A DNA stretch of 63,431 bases, filler included, from Welwitschia mirabilis (Eukaryota), in the NCBI GenBank assembly GCA_051453625.1. It is 9 parts of one record of this genome, joined end to end, with 100 filler letters (N's around TTAATTAATTAA, not from the genome) between each part and the next. Parts side by side here need not be neighbours in the genome. Positions count along the whole stretch, not along the records: positions 15,005 to 29,376 come from JBOZIK010000001.1; positions 29,477 to 42,205 come from JBOZIK010000001.1; 7 more parts are not named here. One strand, given 5' to 3'. Below the pieces are notes generated by a model. The model was not told where the DNA came from. It made no database searches and worked only from the letters and a program-made list of their open reading frames with translations. The translations under genes were made by a program, and so were the position numbers. This document shows positions 26,612-37,619 of the stretch, in pieces (position 1 is the first letter of the stretch; each line of letters starts with the position of its first letter).

Positions 26612-26738
26612 GACAACAAGTTTGAGTTAAGTGTAGGAGAACAACATAGGATAGGAGAGTGGGCAGAAAAGGGAAGATGACAACAAGTTTGTTTTAAGTC
26701 TAGGGGAACGACATAGAACAGGAGAGTGGGCAGAAAAG
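26612..26738. repeat. Two-copy tandem repeat with a unit of about 67 bp
   Basis: tgacaacaagtttg..ttaagt.tagg.gaac.acatag.a.aggagagtgggcagaaaag occurs twice. Confidence 0.8.
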
Positions 26739-26929
26739 AATAGGGTCAGAGCTATAACGTATTAGAAATTTGACAATCACTCTAGCATTGATCATTTTAG
26801 AAAAAAGACTTGGTGCGTGGATGGTGAAGAATAGCATAAGAGTCATGTCACATGTAGAAATTCGACAAAATCATTCCACCATTGATCATTTGATTACAGT
26901 TAGATATTGCATTTAATTCTACAAAGGGA

Positions 26930-28500
26930 CTCGAGAGAAAAAATTTCATTTGCTTTATGGATGTTTTCAAAACATGCAACTCTGTCATAAAAAGTAAACT
27001 TTGGTAATAGTTGGCAAAGCTTCACTCTCCTCTTAACCTAATCATAGCAATTCAAAAGTTGTATCAAGAAGTCATTATTGAAATTAAGAATAATGAGTTA
27101 TTGTCAAGCTTCAGAGAGAAATTGTAGTGAAGTATGGTTTCCCACTTTCTTCTACTTTATTTGGCATTTTAATAAATCAATTAGAATAGTGGCTGCAAAA
27201 GATGCCCATGGAACATGGGGTTCAAATTAGGTAGGTTAACATCAATCTTCTCGTCTCTGCTAATGGTGCAATATTAATACGTACATCAAGAACAAGCATG
27301 CAACACATGCTATAGGTATTGCATGATTTTCATATAATTAGAGATATAAGAATACATGTTAGCAAAACCAAGCTTCTATGTTGTGGTACTAGAAACACTG
27401 ATNNNNNNNNNNNNNNNNNNNNNNNNNNNNNNNNNNNNNNNNNNNNNNNNNNNNNNNNNNNNNNNNNNNNNNNNNNNNNNNNNNNNNNNNNNNNNNNNNN
27501 NNNNNNNNNNNNNNNNNNNNNNNNNNNNNNNNNNNNNNNNNNNNNNNNNNNNNNNNNNNNNNNNNNNNNNNNNNNNNNNNNNNNNNNNNNNNNNNNNNNN
27601 NNNNNNNNNNNNNNNNNNNNNNNNNNNNNNNNNNNNNNNNNNNNNNNNNNNNNNNNNNNNNNNNNNNNNNNNNNNNNNNNNNNNNNNNNNNNNNNNNNNN
27701 NNNNNNNNNNNNNNNNNNNNNNNNNNNNNNNNNNNNNNNNNNNNNNNNNNNNNNNNNNNNNNNNNNNNNNNNNNNNNNNNNNNNNNNNNNNNNNNNNNNN
27801 NNNNNNNNNNNNNNNNNNNNNNNNNNNNNNNNNNNNNNNNNNNNNNNNNNNNNNNNNNNNNNNNNNNNNNNNNNNNNNNNNNNNNNNNNNNNNAAGCTTA
27901 CCCTTTGCAACGGGCAAGATGAAATAGTCACTTCTCATAACTATTTGGATCTCCATTGCTCCCAAAACTATGAGTGAGACAAATGTGTCTAGGGAAGAGT
28001 TGCAAAAGGTAGAAACGTTTTGTGTAGGCTACAAAATAAATGCACAAAAAGGGGGATTCAGGCTTTTTAAAGTAAGGAAATGATTGTTTCAAACAATTGT
28101 TAAGCCAATAATATTCTATGGCTATGCAGTGTGGGGACCAAGCTTGGTAGAAAACGGTCAAAGCAACTTGAAACAATCCAAAAGCATTTTCTAACTTCTA
28201 AATTTTAGGTTGAGTCTGAAACTCCTTATGATATTTTGCTATTGGAAGCAAACATGCTTCCACAAAAAGCTAGTGCAATTAGTCAATTTATTGCTTATGT
28301 GCTAAAGACAAAGAATACACCAACTACAAAATTTCCAAAAGCAGTCTTGAAATCTACCAAAGGTAAAGGATGGTTCTATGAAGGAAAAGAATGGAAAAAA
28401 ACAATGGAACATTAAGTTGGAGGATTTACAACGTAGTACAAGAACATTTGTTGCATGGTTAAACGTAAAGTGCCTTAGAAGCTTTTCAAACATAAAGGTC
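26930..28500 (+). mobile_element. Degenerate non-L1 LINE reverse transcriptase (RTE-X/RTE-like)
   Basis: KYGFPLSSTLFGILINQLE (QGCPLSP-like), LLVSANGAILI (YADD-like), VSKTKLL, LFQTIVKPIIFYGYAVWG and IQKHFLTSKF..ETPYDILLLEA. Confidence 0.75.
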
Positions 28501-28999
28501 AAACAGAAATGTATCTCGAATAGACTCAAAGGACACTTTGACCAAGGTCAACATTCCCTGAGTGCCAAAATTCTGATATGGCTTAGCAAGCTTATCAGCA
28601 AGGTGCGAATGAGTTTTCATCACTTTCAGATAAAGACAACGAGATGAATTAACATTTCACAAGAATGTTGCACTCGCAAACTTTGTTTGCTGAGATTTAT
28701 TGAAGATAAAAACTATGTTTTTCCTCATTGTCATCTCCCTACTTTTCTAATATGTAAACAGGTAATTCAAGTGTCCACATTATATGACCTCTTCCAATTA
28801 CCAGTTTTCACTTTAGCACATTTCATTGAATCTGTCCTAGAAATTTTTAACATGATGAATCCTATCCAATAGATCCTACAAGTTTTTTTCTAGACGTAAT
28901 AAAATATTAGTTTTAATTTCAATTTCAGTATTATACTTAGCATCTCTAGTAACCCTCTTGTCACAGTGCATGGACTAAGGGAAAATGGTTCTCAAACTA

Positions 29000-29244
29000 G
29001 CACTTATAATCATGTACACCCAAACAACGTTATATTACATAGTGTAATAGCTCCTTCATTCTTTTGTAGAGTATTCCATTTTCTTGTAAACTGCAATGTG
29101 AAGGACGTATGTATTTGATATTCTTTTCCCTATAAACTAGGCAAATTCATTCGAAGTGTATTCTCCCCTATTATCAAGGAGGAGACATCAACTTTAAGCT
29201 TGATTACTTTACACATGCCATGATATAGGCTTTAAATGCTATTA
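29000..29244 (-). mobile_element. Old copia integrase fragment, the target of the 29245-31856 insertion
   Basis: DNRGEYTSNEF motif. The sequence continues at 31862 as FMFIDDCPHKIWVCILK. Confidence 0.75.
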
Positions 29245-29288
29245 TGTTAGGATCGAAAAGCACCCAAGAGGGGGGTGAATAGGGTGTT

Positions 29289-29293
<5 letters not shown>

Positions 29294-29359
<66 letters not shown>
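29294..29359. repeat. Compound microsatellite (TA)n(CA)n inside the 3' LTR
   Basis: Direct reading of the sequence. Confidence 0.97.
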
Positions 29360-29363
<4 letters not shown>

Positions 29364-29476
29364 TGAGTCGCTAAATNNNNNNNNNNNNNNNNNNNNNNNN
29401 NNNNNNNNNNNNNNNNNNNNTTAATTAATTAANNNNNNNNNNNNNNNNNNNNNNNNNNNNNNNNNNNNNNNNNNNN

Positions 29477-30607
29477 ACACATTCTTCAAAATCAAAATTA
29501 GAACATACCTCATCATCTTTTTCTGCTATTGCAATAAAGCCAAAATCTAATGATTCTTTTACCTCATTTTTCATAGATAACAGTCTGAAGTTAAGAGCTT
29601 CCTCTTTATCGCTTGATTCAGTCTCTTCATCATCGACCCATGTGGCCTTTAGAACCTTTTTTTTCCTACTTGTAGGCTTCTTTCCCTTTTTCTTATTGGC
29701 ACACTCTGATGCAATGCGACCAAAGCCCGTGCATTCATAACATTGTAATGAATCAAATGAATTCTTACCTTTGTTGCTGCTACGTGTGGATGCGTTTGCT
29801 GATAGGTTGTCTTCCTTCTTCTTGTAAAGGAACTTTTTGAATCTCTTAGCCAAGATAGCTAGATCATCATCTTCCAAATCCTCACTGGATTGATTATCTT
29901 CATCATCCTCCGAACAGGCTTTCAAAGCAATATTTTTCCTTTTGGGAGGATCCTCTTTTGTTTGTAAGGAAGCTTCATATGCCATAAGAGACCCTTTGAG
30001 CTCTTCTATCCGAATTCCATCAATGTCCTCACTTTCCTCTATGGCTGTAACTTTGGGCCTGAATTTCTTGGTGAGGCTTCTAAGAATTTTTTGAACCGCT
30101 CTATTTTTAGGGACTATTTTTCCAAGTCCCCACATGCCATTGATAATGTCATTGATCTTACTAGTGTACTCAGCTCTAGATTCTGATTCCTCCATTTTAA
30201 TGTTCTCAAAATTTGTTGTTAGCATTTGGAGCTTTGCATTTTTCACAACACTTGTTCCTTTAGGATCTACCTTTAGAGTCTCCCAAATCTCTTGTGCGGT
30301 TGAGCATTGGACCACTCTGTTATATTCTTCTGGAGATAAAGCGCATATTAAGGCATTCATAGCCTTGGCGTTCAGCTGGACAAGCTTCTTGTCATTGGGA
30401 TTCCATTCACCTCTAGGTTTGGACACAAGGTTGCCATTAACCTTCTTAGTAGGTGGAACATACCCAAATTCTACCATATCCCAAATGTCACAATCCAGTG
30501 ACTGCAAGAATATGGCCATTTTGGTTTTCCAGTATGCATAGTTCGATCTGGAGAATAAAGGAGGTCTTGAGATAGACTGCCTTTCTGTGTTGCTTGTGGA
30601 TGCCCTC
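29477..30607 (-). pseudogene. Copia gag (DUF4219/UBN2 plus zinc knuckle); frame still open but decaying
   Basis: RPPLFSRSNYAYWKTKMAIFLQS...NAKAMNALICALSPEEYNRV...KVTAIEES...CYECTGFGRIASEC. The start codon appears as AGG and the knuckle His is replaced by Arg. Confidence 0.9.
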
Positions 30608-31861
30608 TAGGGTGAACCTGTAATCATATGAAAAATATACCAAATCTGAAGCAACCAGGCTCTGATATCAATTGTTAGGATCGAAAAGGCACCCTAAAGG
30701 GAGGGTGAATATGGTGTTTATTAAAAAAATAACTATTTATCTCACATGAGTAACTAAATCTCAATCTTGCTTAAGTGAATGAACCAAAATAAATGAAAAA
30801 TCAAAAGCAAGTGGAAGAAACAAACAAGTAGAAAGTGTGCACCAGAGATTTATAGTGGTTCGGCAATCCCTACCTACTCCACTCTCAAGGAGCAGCAACA
30901 TGCTCTCAGCCCAGCAACATGCTCTCAGCCTCTTGGTTTCCTTAGAACACCCTTCTTCAAGGGCAGCTTACAACACCCTTCACTAAGGGTCACTTACAGC
31001 ACCCTTCTCTCAAGGGTCAGCTTGCTCAATCTAATAAGCACTCACAAGGGATCAATCAAATAGAGGGCCTGATGATTTGTATGCCTTTCATGCACAAGAC
31101 ACCAGCATGTATTACAACAATCTCTCAATGAGATGATGCAATGTAGGAGCAGAAAGAGAGAAGAAGAAGCTTTTTGTTCAGATAGATTATACACAAGTCA
31201 GTTCTACATCAATATGATTCCAATCACCACATTTTATATAAGGACAAGAATCTAGTTGTTGAAGTGTATCTTGAAAAGCGAGATCATAGCAAAGGGCATT
31301 GCAGACCAACAGGTAGCCGTTTTTGTATTGGAAAAACGCATTGGGCAGGCCAACGGATATGTAGTTTCGCTTCAACGTTTGTCTAGTCAGGCATCCCACA
31401 CTAGGCCAAACGTCCCACATTTTTAACGTAGGAACTACTCGAATGTCCCATATTGAGGTCAGACGTCCCATCTGCTTTTCAGCAATCTTCCATAAAATCC
31501 TAGACGTCCCACTCAGAAATTTGGGATGTCCCACCAAAGATCCCGGGTGGAAGCTAGAATGTCCCACCAAAGATCTTGGATGGAAGCTAGGACATCCCAC
31601 CAAAGATCCTGGACGTCCCAAGTCCTATTCAGCCTGTTTCTATGGCTGAGAAATCTCAAACATCCTACAGAAAATCTAGAATGTTAGTATGTTACCATAA
31701 TTTGGACCTGGCTTTTAACTTGATAAAACTTGGATTCCTTTAATGGGTGGATCACGAGAGATAGCAAGGATCTTCACTTTCAACTTTGATCTTGAGAGCT
31801 GGTAAAGATACTTTATCTTGTTCATCATTGAAACTCCTCATTTGTTTGCTCTAACATATTA

Positions 31862-32970
31862 ATACCTTGTCCTTTCATTTTAAAATGCAAACCCATATTT
31901 TATGAGGACAATCGTCTATGAACATAAAAAAGTATGAAGAACCATAAAGCAAGGTAGGATTCAATGGACAAGTTCTAGGTTATTTATTTTTCTTCATTAT
32001 ATATTTGTATGAAAATCAATTCTACAAGCCTTTAACAATACAATCTCAATAGAAACCGAAAGAATAATAAGAACTTTAAGATAATAAAAAATGAGATTCA
32101 TGCACCTTCAATCCTACCTATCGAAGGTGTACCAAAAAATTGTGCAACACCTCTATATGGTTTCATTTACTACTATAGCGACAATAGCATCCAAAATGTA
32201 GATGCTACCAATTTTCTTTCCACATAGCATAGTATGTATGCCCTTATTGGTTTTCCGTTTGCCATCTTCAATAGAGAAATGTATCACCCAGTCATCCAAC
32301 TATGTGACAAAAAGTAATCCCTTGGTATCGATATGCGCATGGCTAGCATATCAAATAGAAATTTTGAACATTCCTAGATGTTGTAAAACCATGCTACCAA
32401 TCCCAACAACTTTCAACATCTTGTTTCCTACAACAAAAAGAACACTAACAAATACATGTTGATATGACATGAATTCATATGTGTTTGGACAACTATGAAA
32501 TGATTCACCGATATCAATAAGTCCAATATTACCATACTCCTATGATAATTGTACATGTGGTTTTGCGACAAGCAAGTTTAGATCACCTTCTCCTTTTGTC
32601 TGATCTACCAAGGAGGAGGTAGCTTTTTATGTGCCTGATCTCCCTCTCTCCTTCCTTCTGCTTCGCCTTCCATACATAGCATACCCACCTTTGTACAATG
32701 CCCTTCATCAACATTTCGGCCATGCAATTGTCATCTACCCTTTCCTCACCCCTTGCTTTGCTTATGTGTACTGATTTGGCCTTTCATATTGTACCAAAAA
32801 AGCAAAAAAAAAAAAGAAAAAAGAAAAAACGAAAAAAAACACCAATGGACATACATCCTACTTTACAAATGTAGCAACGAGAACAAAATGCCTTGCCTTA
32901 CACGCGATATTCCACACATTTCCTTCCTTACTTCAACATAAGACTAACTGTTACATTTTTAACTTTATGT
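31862..32970 (-). mobile_element. Old copia gag-protease-integrase remnant (continuation of 29000-29244)
   Basis: LIDIGESFHSCP (protease-like) near 32500 and YGSSYFFMFIDD near 31930. Confidence 0.7.
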
Positions 32971-34417
32971 GAAAGCCCTTTCCCTAACCCCCATCATAAT
33001 TTGCTAGGACGAGGGTTGATTTATTAAAAACCCTAAAAATAAGCATGCTCATTCCTATCTTAATTATAGCCATGCTTGTATTTTTCTAACAATTGTCTTG
33101 TTTATGTTTAGCAAGAATTACAAATACCATGTGTCAACTAATAAATGCGAAGAATAAAATACTTGGACACAAGCTAAAATAAGGTGGGCCCTAAATTAGT
33201 GGTCAGAGAGCCAAATTTTAGACTCATATTCAACATATAGGATATTACCTATGCCTACATCTTTGTCCAGCTTTTTTTGTTCATTAACATTGGCTTAGCC
33301 GCTTGAAGTGCTCTAACACAATTTTCCTATGCGAACACAGCCTTTATCAAAACACTTCAGACATTCCCATTCTATGTCCTGATGAGTTTGTCTATCGTGT
33401 ACACTCTTTTCATTCTAATGATTTCACTTCTACAAAGAAAAGAAAGAAAAAAATAAAAAAAGGAAATGTTGTACAAACATCCAATATGGTTGCATGGACT
33501 CCCAAAAAGTTTGCTACTCACTCGCTTTGCTTGCTCGCAAAGGGCCGCTCCACTACACTTATGCAGCAACATAGACTTTGCCACAATTCTACACCCCTGC
33601 ACTATGCAACCTGTCTATGCTACTTTTGCTGTGCTCGCTATGCTCAGCAGCCATCTTATGCGAAACTGCAGAAAGAAGATTAGAGTTAGCACCCCTAGTA
33701 GCAGTCCCACTGCCGAATTTTATTGTCCACATATTTTAAGTTTTCCATGATTTTTAAGTAATTACCTTTTGCATTTTGTGATGTTTGTGTCTATTGCTTC
33801 TAGTGACGCCATATTTCTGTGGTTCTCAGTAGCCTTTGCAAACCCTGCTTGCAAACTTGGTTGTCTTACCATATATTTAAATTTTTCTAGTTTAACTGTC
33901 CAGAGTTTTTAGTCACCCAACTTCACCTTCCTCTATGGCATTCCTGTTTTCCAGCCTGGATGTTCTAGTTGGAAGTAATAATCACCGTGTTCTAATGAGA
34001 AAGAAGTATATGCTTACTTAAAGCCATAACATGTAAATAGTGCTTCAAAGTACTTTTGAAAAACATTCAGGGCTCAATTGATTAAATACAAGGGAAGACA
34101 AATTGGGATTACAATAAAGTGAATCAACCAAGGATACAAATAATCATTCCAATGTTGAGTTCAGCAATTTTCATCATTTTGTCATTCCTTGGTCATTTGT
34201 AGATTGACACTGGATAACCCTCATAAGTTACAATTTTACAGGTTTCATTCTTGAAAATTTTCACAACTAAAAAAATGAAGACAAGCATGTTCCATGTCAT
34301 AAATAGTTTCAGATATCTTAATTTCATAACAATCTTACATCCTGCGAGTGAAAAAAGGGCTTACAATTGCCACATAGTAATATTAATCATAAGGGTAATA
34401 ATAACATGAATCCTCAC

Positions 34418-34529
34418 CTAAACCAAAAAATATTGGGCAGAAAAATATGATTGTAAGAGGTCGAAAACCTCCACAAAGAAGTAAGGGCACCATGCATGCT
34501 CTGAAAACCAACTCCTCTGTCAAAGGTGC
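34418..34529 (-). CDS. RCE1: RCE1/FACE2 exon [37 protein letters not shown]
   Basis: ttgattgcag|GCACCT...GGTTTAG|gtgagg, 112 nt. Contains the EExxFR catalytic motif of type II CAAX proteases. Confidence 0.97.
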
Positions 34530-34855
34530 CTGCAATCAAAATAGCTAACAGATATATTATCCTTGCAAGAAAGCCTTTTTAATCTTTTTACTTTCTGATG
34601 CTTGAACCAGAGTAAGTAACTAAATGAAACCAGAAATCAGAAGGAAAACATGCCATTCCAATAGATGTGGTAAATCTCCCATTAAGATCATGACATGGAA
34701 ATTAATACCAACGAACAGAAAAAAATCATAGACATGGATGTTATTACTTTAGTGAAACAATAGTGAATAGAAACTTCGTCTTCTTCGATGTTGATGACTC
34801 CAACTAAAAAAAAGAAATCCATGTTGAAAGCTGAAAATGATTGGAGATAACTAAC

Positions 34856-35068
34856 CACAAAATAGTTGCGCCATGCTAGGATATCTGAAGCTGTCGAAAG
34901 AACAGCATATTTCCATTTCTCAAATGCATTTTTTAGCAACCATATTTTGGCATACTCACATTGAAAACTTTTCTTCTTCCATTCATCAACATAATCAAAC
35001 ATCATTATCACCAAAGGCCCCAAGTACATAAAACCTGTCAAGGTCAAAGGGATGATGATTGCCTGCCA
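34856..35068 (-). CDS. RCE1: RCE1/FACE2 exon WQAIIIPLTLTGFMYLGPLV...SDILAWRNYFV
   Basis: gtaacag|TGGCAG...TTTGTG|gttagt, 213 nt, phase 0. Matches the plant FACE2 pattern WQ.V..PL.LT...Y.G and WRNY.VAP. Confidence 0.95.
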
Positions 35069-35280
35069 CTGTTACAGGAGGAACCATGAAGTTATTGCTG
35101 CTATTTGGTTAAGAGATTAATTTTGCATCCAAACATAGTCACAAGAAAATATATGTATTCAATGAAAAGGCCAATAACTAGTAGTAATAAAGATTTGGAA
35201 GCAGCCAAGATTGTCAATAGGCAATTATACTGAAGAAGAAAAGTGGGGGTGCAAAAACCAGAGAAAGAGAAAGCCATTAC

Positions 35281-35349
35281 CATGTTAACACATCTGAAAC
35301 CAAATGCACCCAGCAGAGACAACAAATCATACTTTTGGGAGTTGATATC
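35281..35349 (-). CDS. RCE1: RCE1/FACE2 exon DINSQKYDLLSLLGAFGFRCVNM
   Basis: tttaacag|GATATC...AACATG|gtaatg, 69 nt, phase 0. Corresponds to the LGVYGIR..H segment of plant FACE2. Confidence 0.85.
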
Positions 35350-35522
35350 CTGTTAAATTTTATTGAAATAAGTGATTACAGTATCATAACATATAATTTA
35401 AACATAAAATGTCGAAAGGATAATCACAAAAAAAAGATGCGAATGACTGAATATTGGCACCAAATTACACTGTTCTAAATTCATATCATATTTTGTTTCA
35501 TGAAAAGATATGGTATCAATAT

Positions 35523-36548
35523 TGTTATAACGTAGAATTCGAAAAAACTGTGGGAAAAAGAATGATCATGAAATTCCTGTTGGGAAAATGAAGAGTTTCA
35601 ATGATGTCACTAAGCAACGGGACTATAAAATGACCAAGGTTAAAGAAGTGAAAATCTGAGAAAAAGAACTAGGATGTCTCACCTCCTTTGTAGTTCTAAT
35701 GTACTAGAATGTCCCACCTATAAAATTAGGACATCCCATCTCCTTTGTAGTCCTAATGTACTAGGAAATCCCACCTATAAAATCAAGACATCCCATCCCC
35801 CTTGTAGTTTTAGCAGGGCAGTGGTAAAAAAAACCAAGACATCTGGCCAGAAAAGATGGGACATTCACCTAGGTGAATGTTGAAGTAGAAAAGTAAATCA
35901 AAATGACCATTAAATTGCACACTTTAAGGCACTAATGGCTAAGAGATCTTTAGATACATAAACCAAGTTCTAGAGCACTTCAAACAAGAATCTAATAACT
36001 AGTTTTTTAAGGAACTCTATAAAAGATATTATGTCATTTTTGAAAAGGAGAACTAGCCTATGTTTACGCTATTCAAAAAAGAAAGCTTCTTCTTCTCTAT
36101 CTCTGCCTCTATATTATATCATCTCATTTAGAGATTATTATACTACATGCTAGCGTATTTTGCATGAAAGGCATAAAAATAATTAGGCCTTCAATTTGAT
36201 TGATTCCTTGTGAGTGTTCATTATATTAAGCAAGTCAACGCTTGAGAGAAGGGTGTTGTAAAGTGACCCTTGGTGAAGGGTGTTGTAAAGTGAACCTCGA
36301 TAGAGGGTATTGTAGGCTTTCCTTGAATAAGGGTGTTATAAGGAAACTAGAAGGCTGAGAGCATGTTCCTATCCCCTGAGAGTGGAGTAGGCAGGGATTA
36401 CCAAACTACTATAAAATCATGGTGCACTCTTTCTATTTGTTTAAGTTTGCTTTATTGTGTTCATGATTCAGTAATTTCTAATTTAATTTCTCAAGTAAAG
36501 TTTTAATTTTAGTTTCACCCCCCTTTAGGGTGCCAATCGATCCTAACA
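35523..36548 (+). mobile_element. SIRE-like LTR (solo-like), same family as 30673-31856
   Basis: TGTT...ccccctttagggtgccaatcgatcctaaca, with extensive similarity to the reverse complement of 30673-31856. No TSD found. Confidence 0.85.
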
Positions 36549-36689
36549 GAGAATACATTTAATATAGGTTTTTAAATGAGAAGTTGTTTNNNNNNNNNNN
36601 NNNNNNNNNNNNNNNNNNNNNNNNNNNNNNNNNNNNNNNNNNNNNNNNNNNNNNNNNNNNNNNNNNNNNNNNNNNNNNNNNNNNNNNNN

Positions 36690-37079
36690 GATTGATTCCT
36701 TGTGAGTGCTCATTGGATTGAGCAAGCTGACCCTTGAGAGAAGGGTGTTGTAAAGTGACCCTTGGTGAAAGGTGTTGTAAAGTGACCCTTGGTAGAGAGT
36801 GTTGTAAGCTGCCCTTGGAGAAGAGTGTTCTAAGGAAACCAAGAGGCTGAAAGCACGTTGCTGCCCCCTGGGAGCGGAGTAGGCAAGGACTGCGGAACCA
36901 CTATAAAACCGTGGTGCACTCTCTCTATTTGTTTGAGTTTGTTTTATTGTGTTCATGATACAGTAATTTCTGATTTACTTTCTCAAGCCAAGTTCTGATT
37001 TTAGTTTCTTAAAATTAAGTAATTAAATTTTGTGATTCACCCTATTCACCCCCTTCTAGGGTGCTAATCGATCCTAACA
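36690..37079 (+). mobile_element. Second, partial copy of the same SIRE-like LTR
   Basis: Diverged repeat of about 36197-36548, ending cccttctagggtgctaatcgatcctaaca. Confidence 0.85.
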
Positions 37080-37619
37080 ATTCCAACACATAAAATTGTA
37101 TTGACTGCATAGTGTTCAAATTCTATGATTTATCACCAAGCTAGCAATTTATCGTTGATCTGATAAGCTGCTGACTTGAATTGAATCATGATTTTATCTC
37201 TCATAAACACAATTAATGGTGTTTTATCTCTGATTTTTGTGATTCATCGAAAAAAATCACAATCAACCAAAAATAAATAAATAAATAAAATGAAGGCCAA
37301 ATCTGACCTATTCTAAATTTGACTTTTCGATTGTATAAGCCTCATGGAATGTTTCAAAACAAACTCAAAAAGGATCTTACTTTTATCATTTCAATCTTTT
37401 TAGATCATCCAAATAGTTAATGTATATCATACTATGGCTAACATGATAGTTATTATAGTTGTTTTGTATGCTTTTCTAATTTTACACAAGTTTACTTAAC
37501 ACTAAAATATAATGTCCAAATATGCACTTATCTTTATTGAGTCTATTTATCCTACATATACTTTTTTAAATCCTTTTTCAAAATAAACATTGCTAAGCGA
37601 TTTTGGATTAATTACAATG

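Larger units (their letters stand above)
29245..31856 (-). mobile_element. SIRE-like Ty1/copia element with TSD TATTA: 5' LTR 30673-31856, PBS, gag; the rest is collapsed into an assembly join
   Basis: Both LTR ends read tgttaggatcgaaaag(g)caccc..gggtgaat on the + strand. tatta occurs at 29240-29244 and 31857-31861. PBS gctctgatatca ends at 30670. Confidence 0.92.

Noticed and set aside
29477..30607. Domesticated gag gene, given the long open frame
   Set aside because: It lies within an LTR/PBS/TSD-bounded element, the start codon is lost, and conserved residues are altered (knuckle His to Arg, THEGT to DPKGT).
31520..31625. Regularly spaced repeats resembling a CRISPR array
   Set aside because: The units have no unique spacers, lie inside an LTR and have no cas genes nearby, in a eukaryotic context.
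33500..33720. GC-richer gctcgct/gctatgc repeats as a defined MITE or RNA gene
   Set aside because: No TIR, TSD or Pol III A/B boxes could be identified.
35511..35522. tggtatca PBS-like motif before the LTR at 35523
   Set aside because: It is on the wrong side of the LTR and matches only 8 nt, so it is probably chance.
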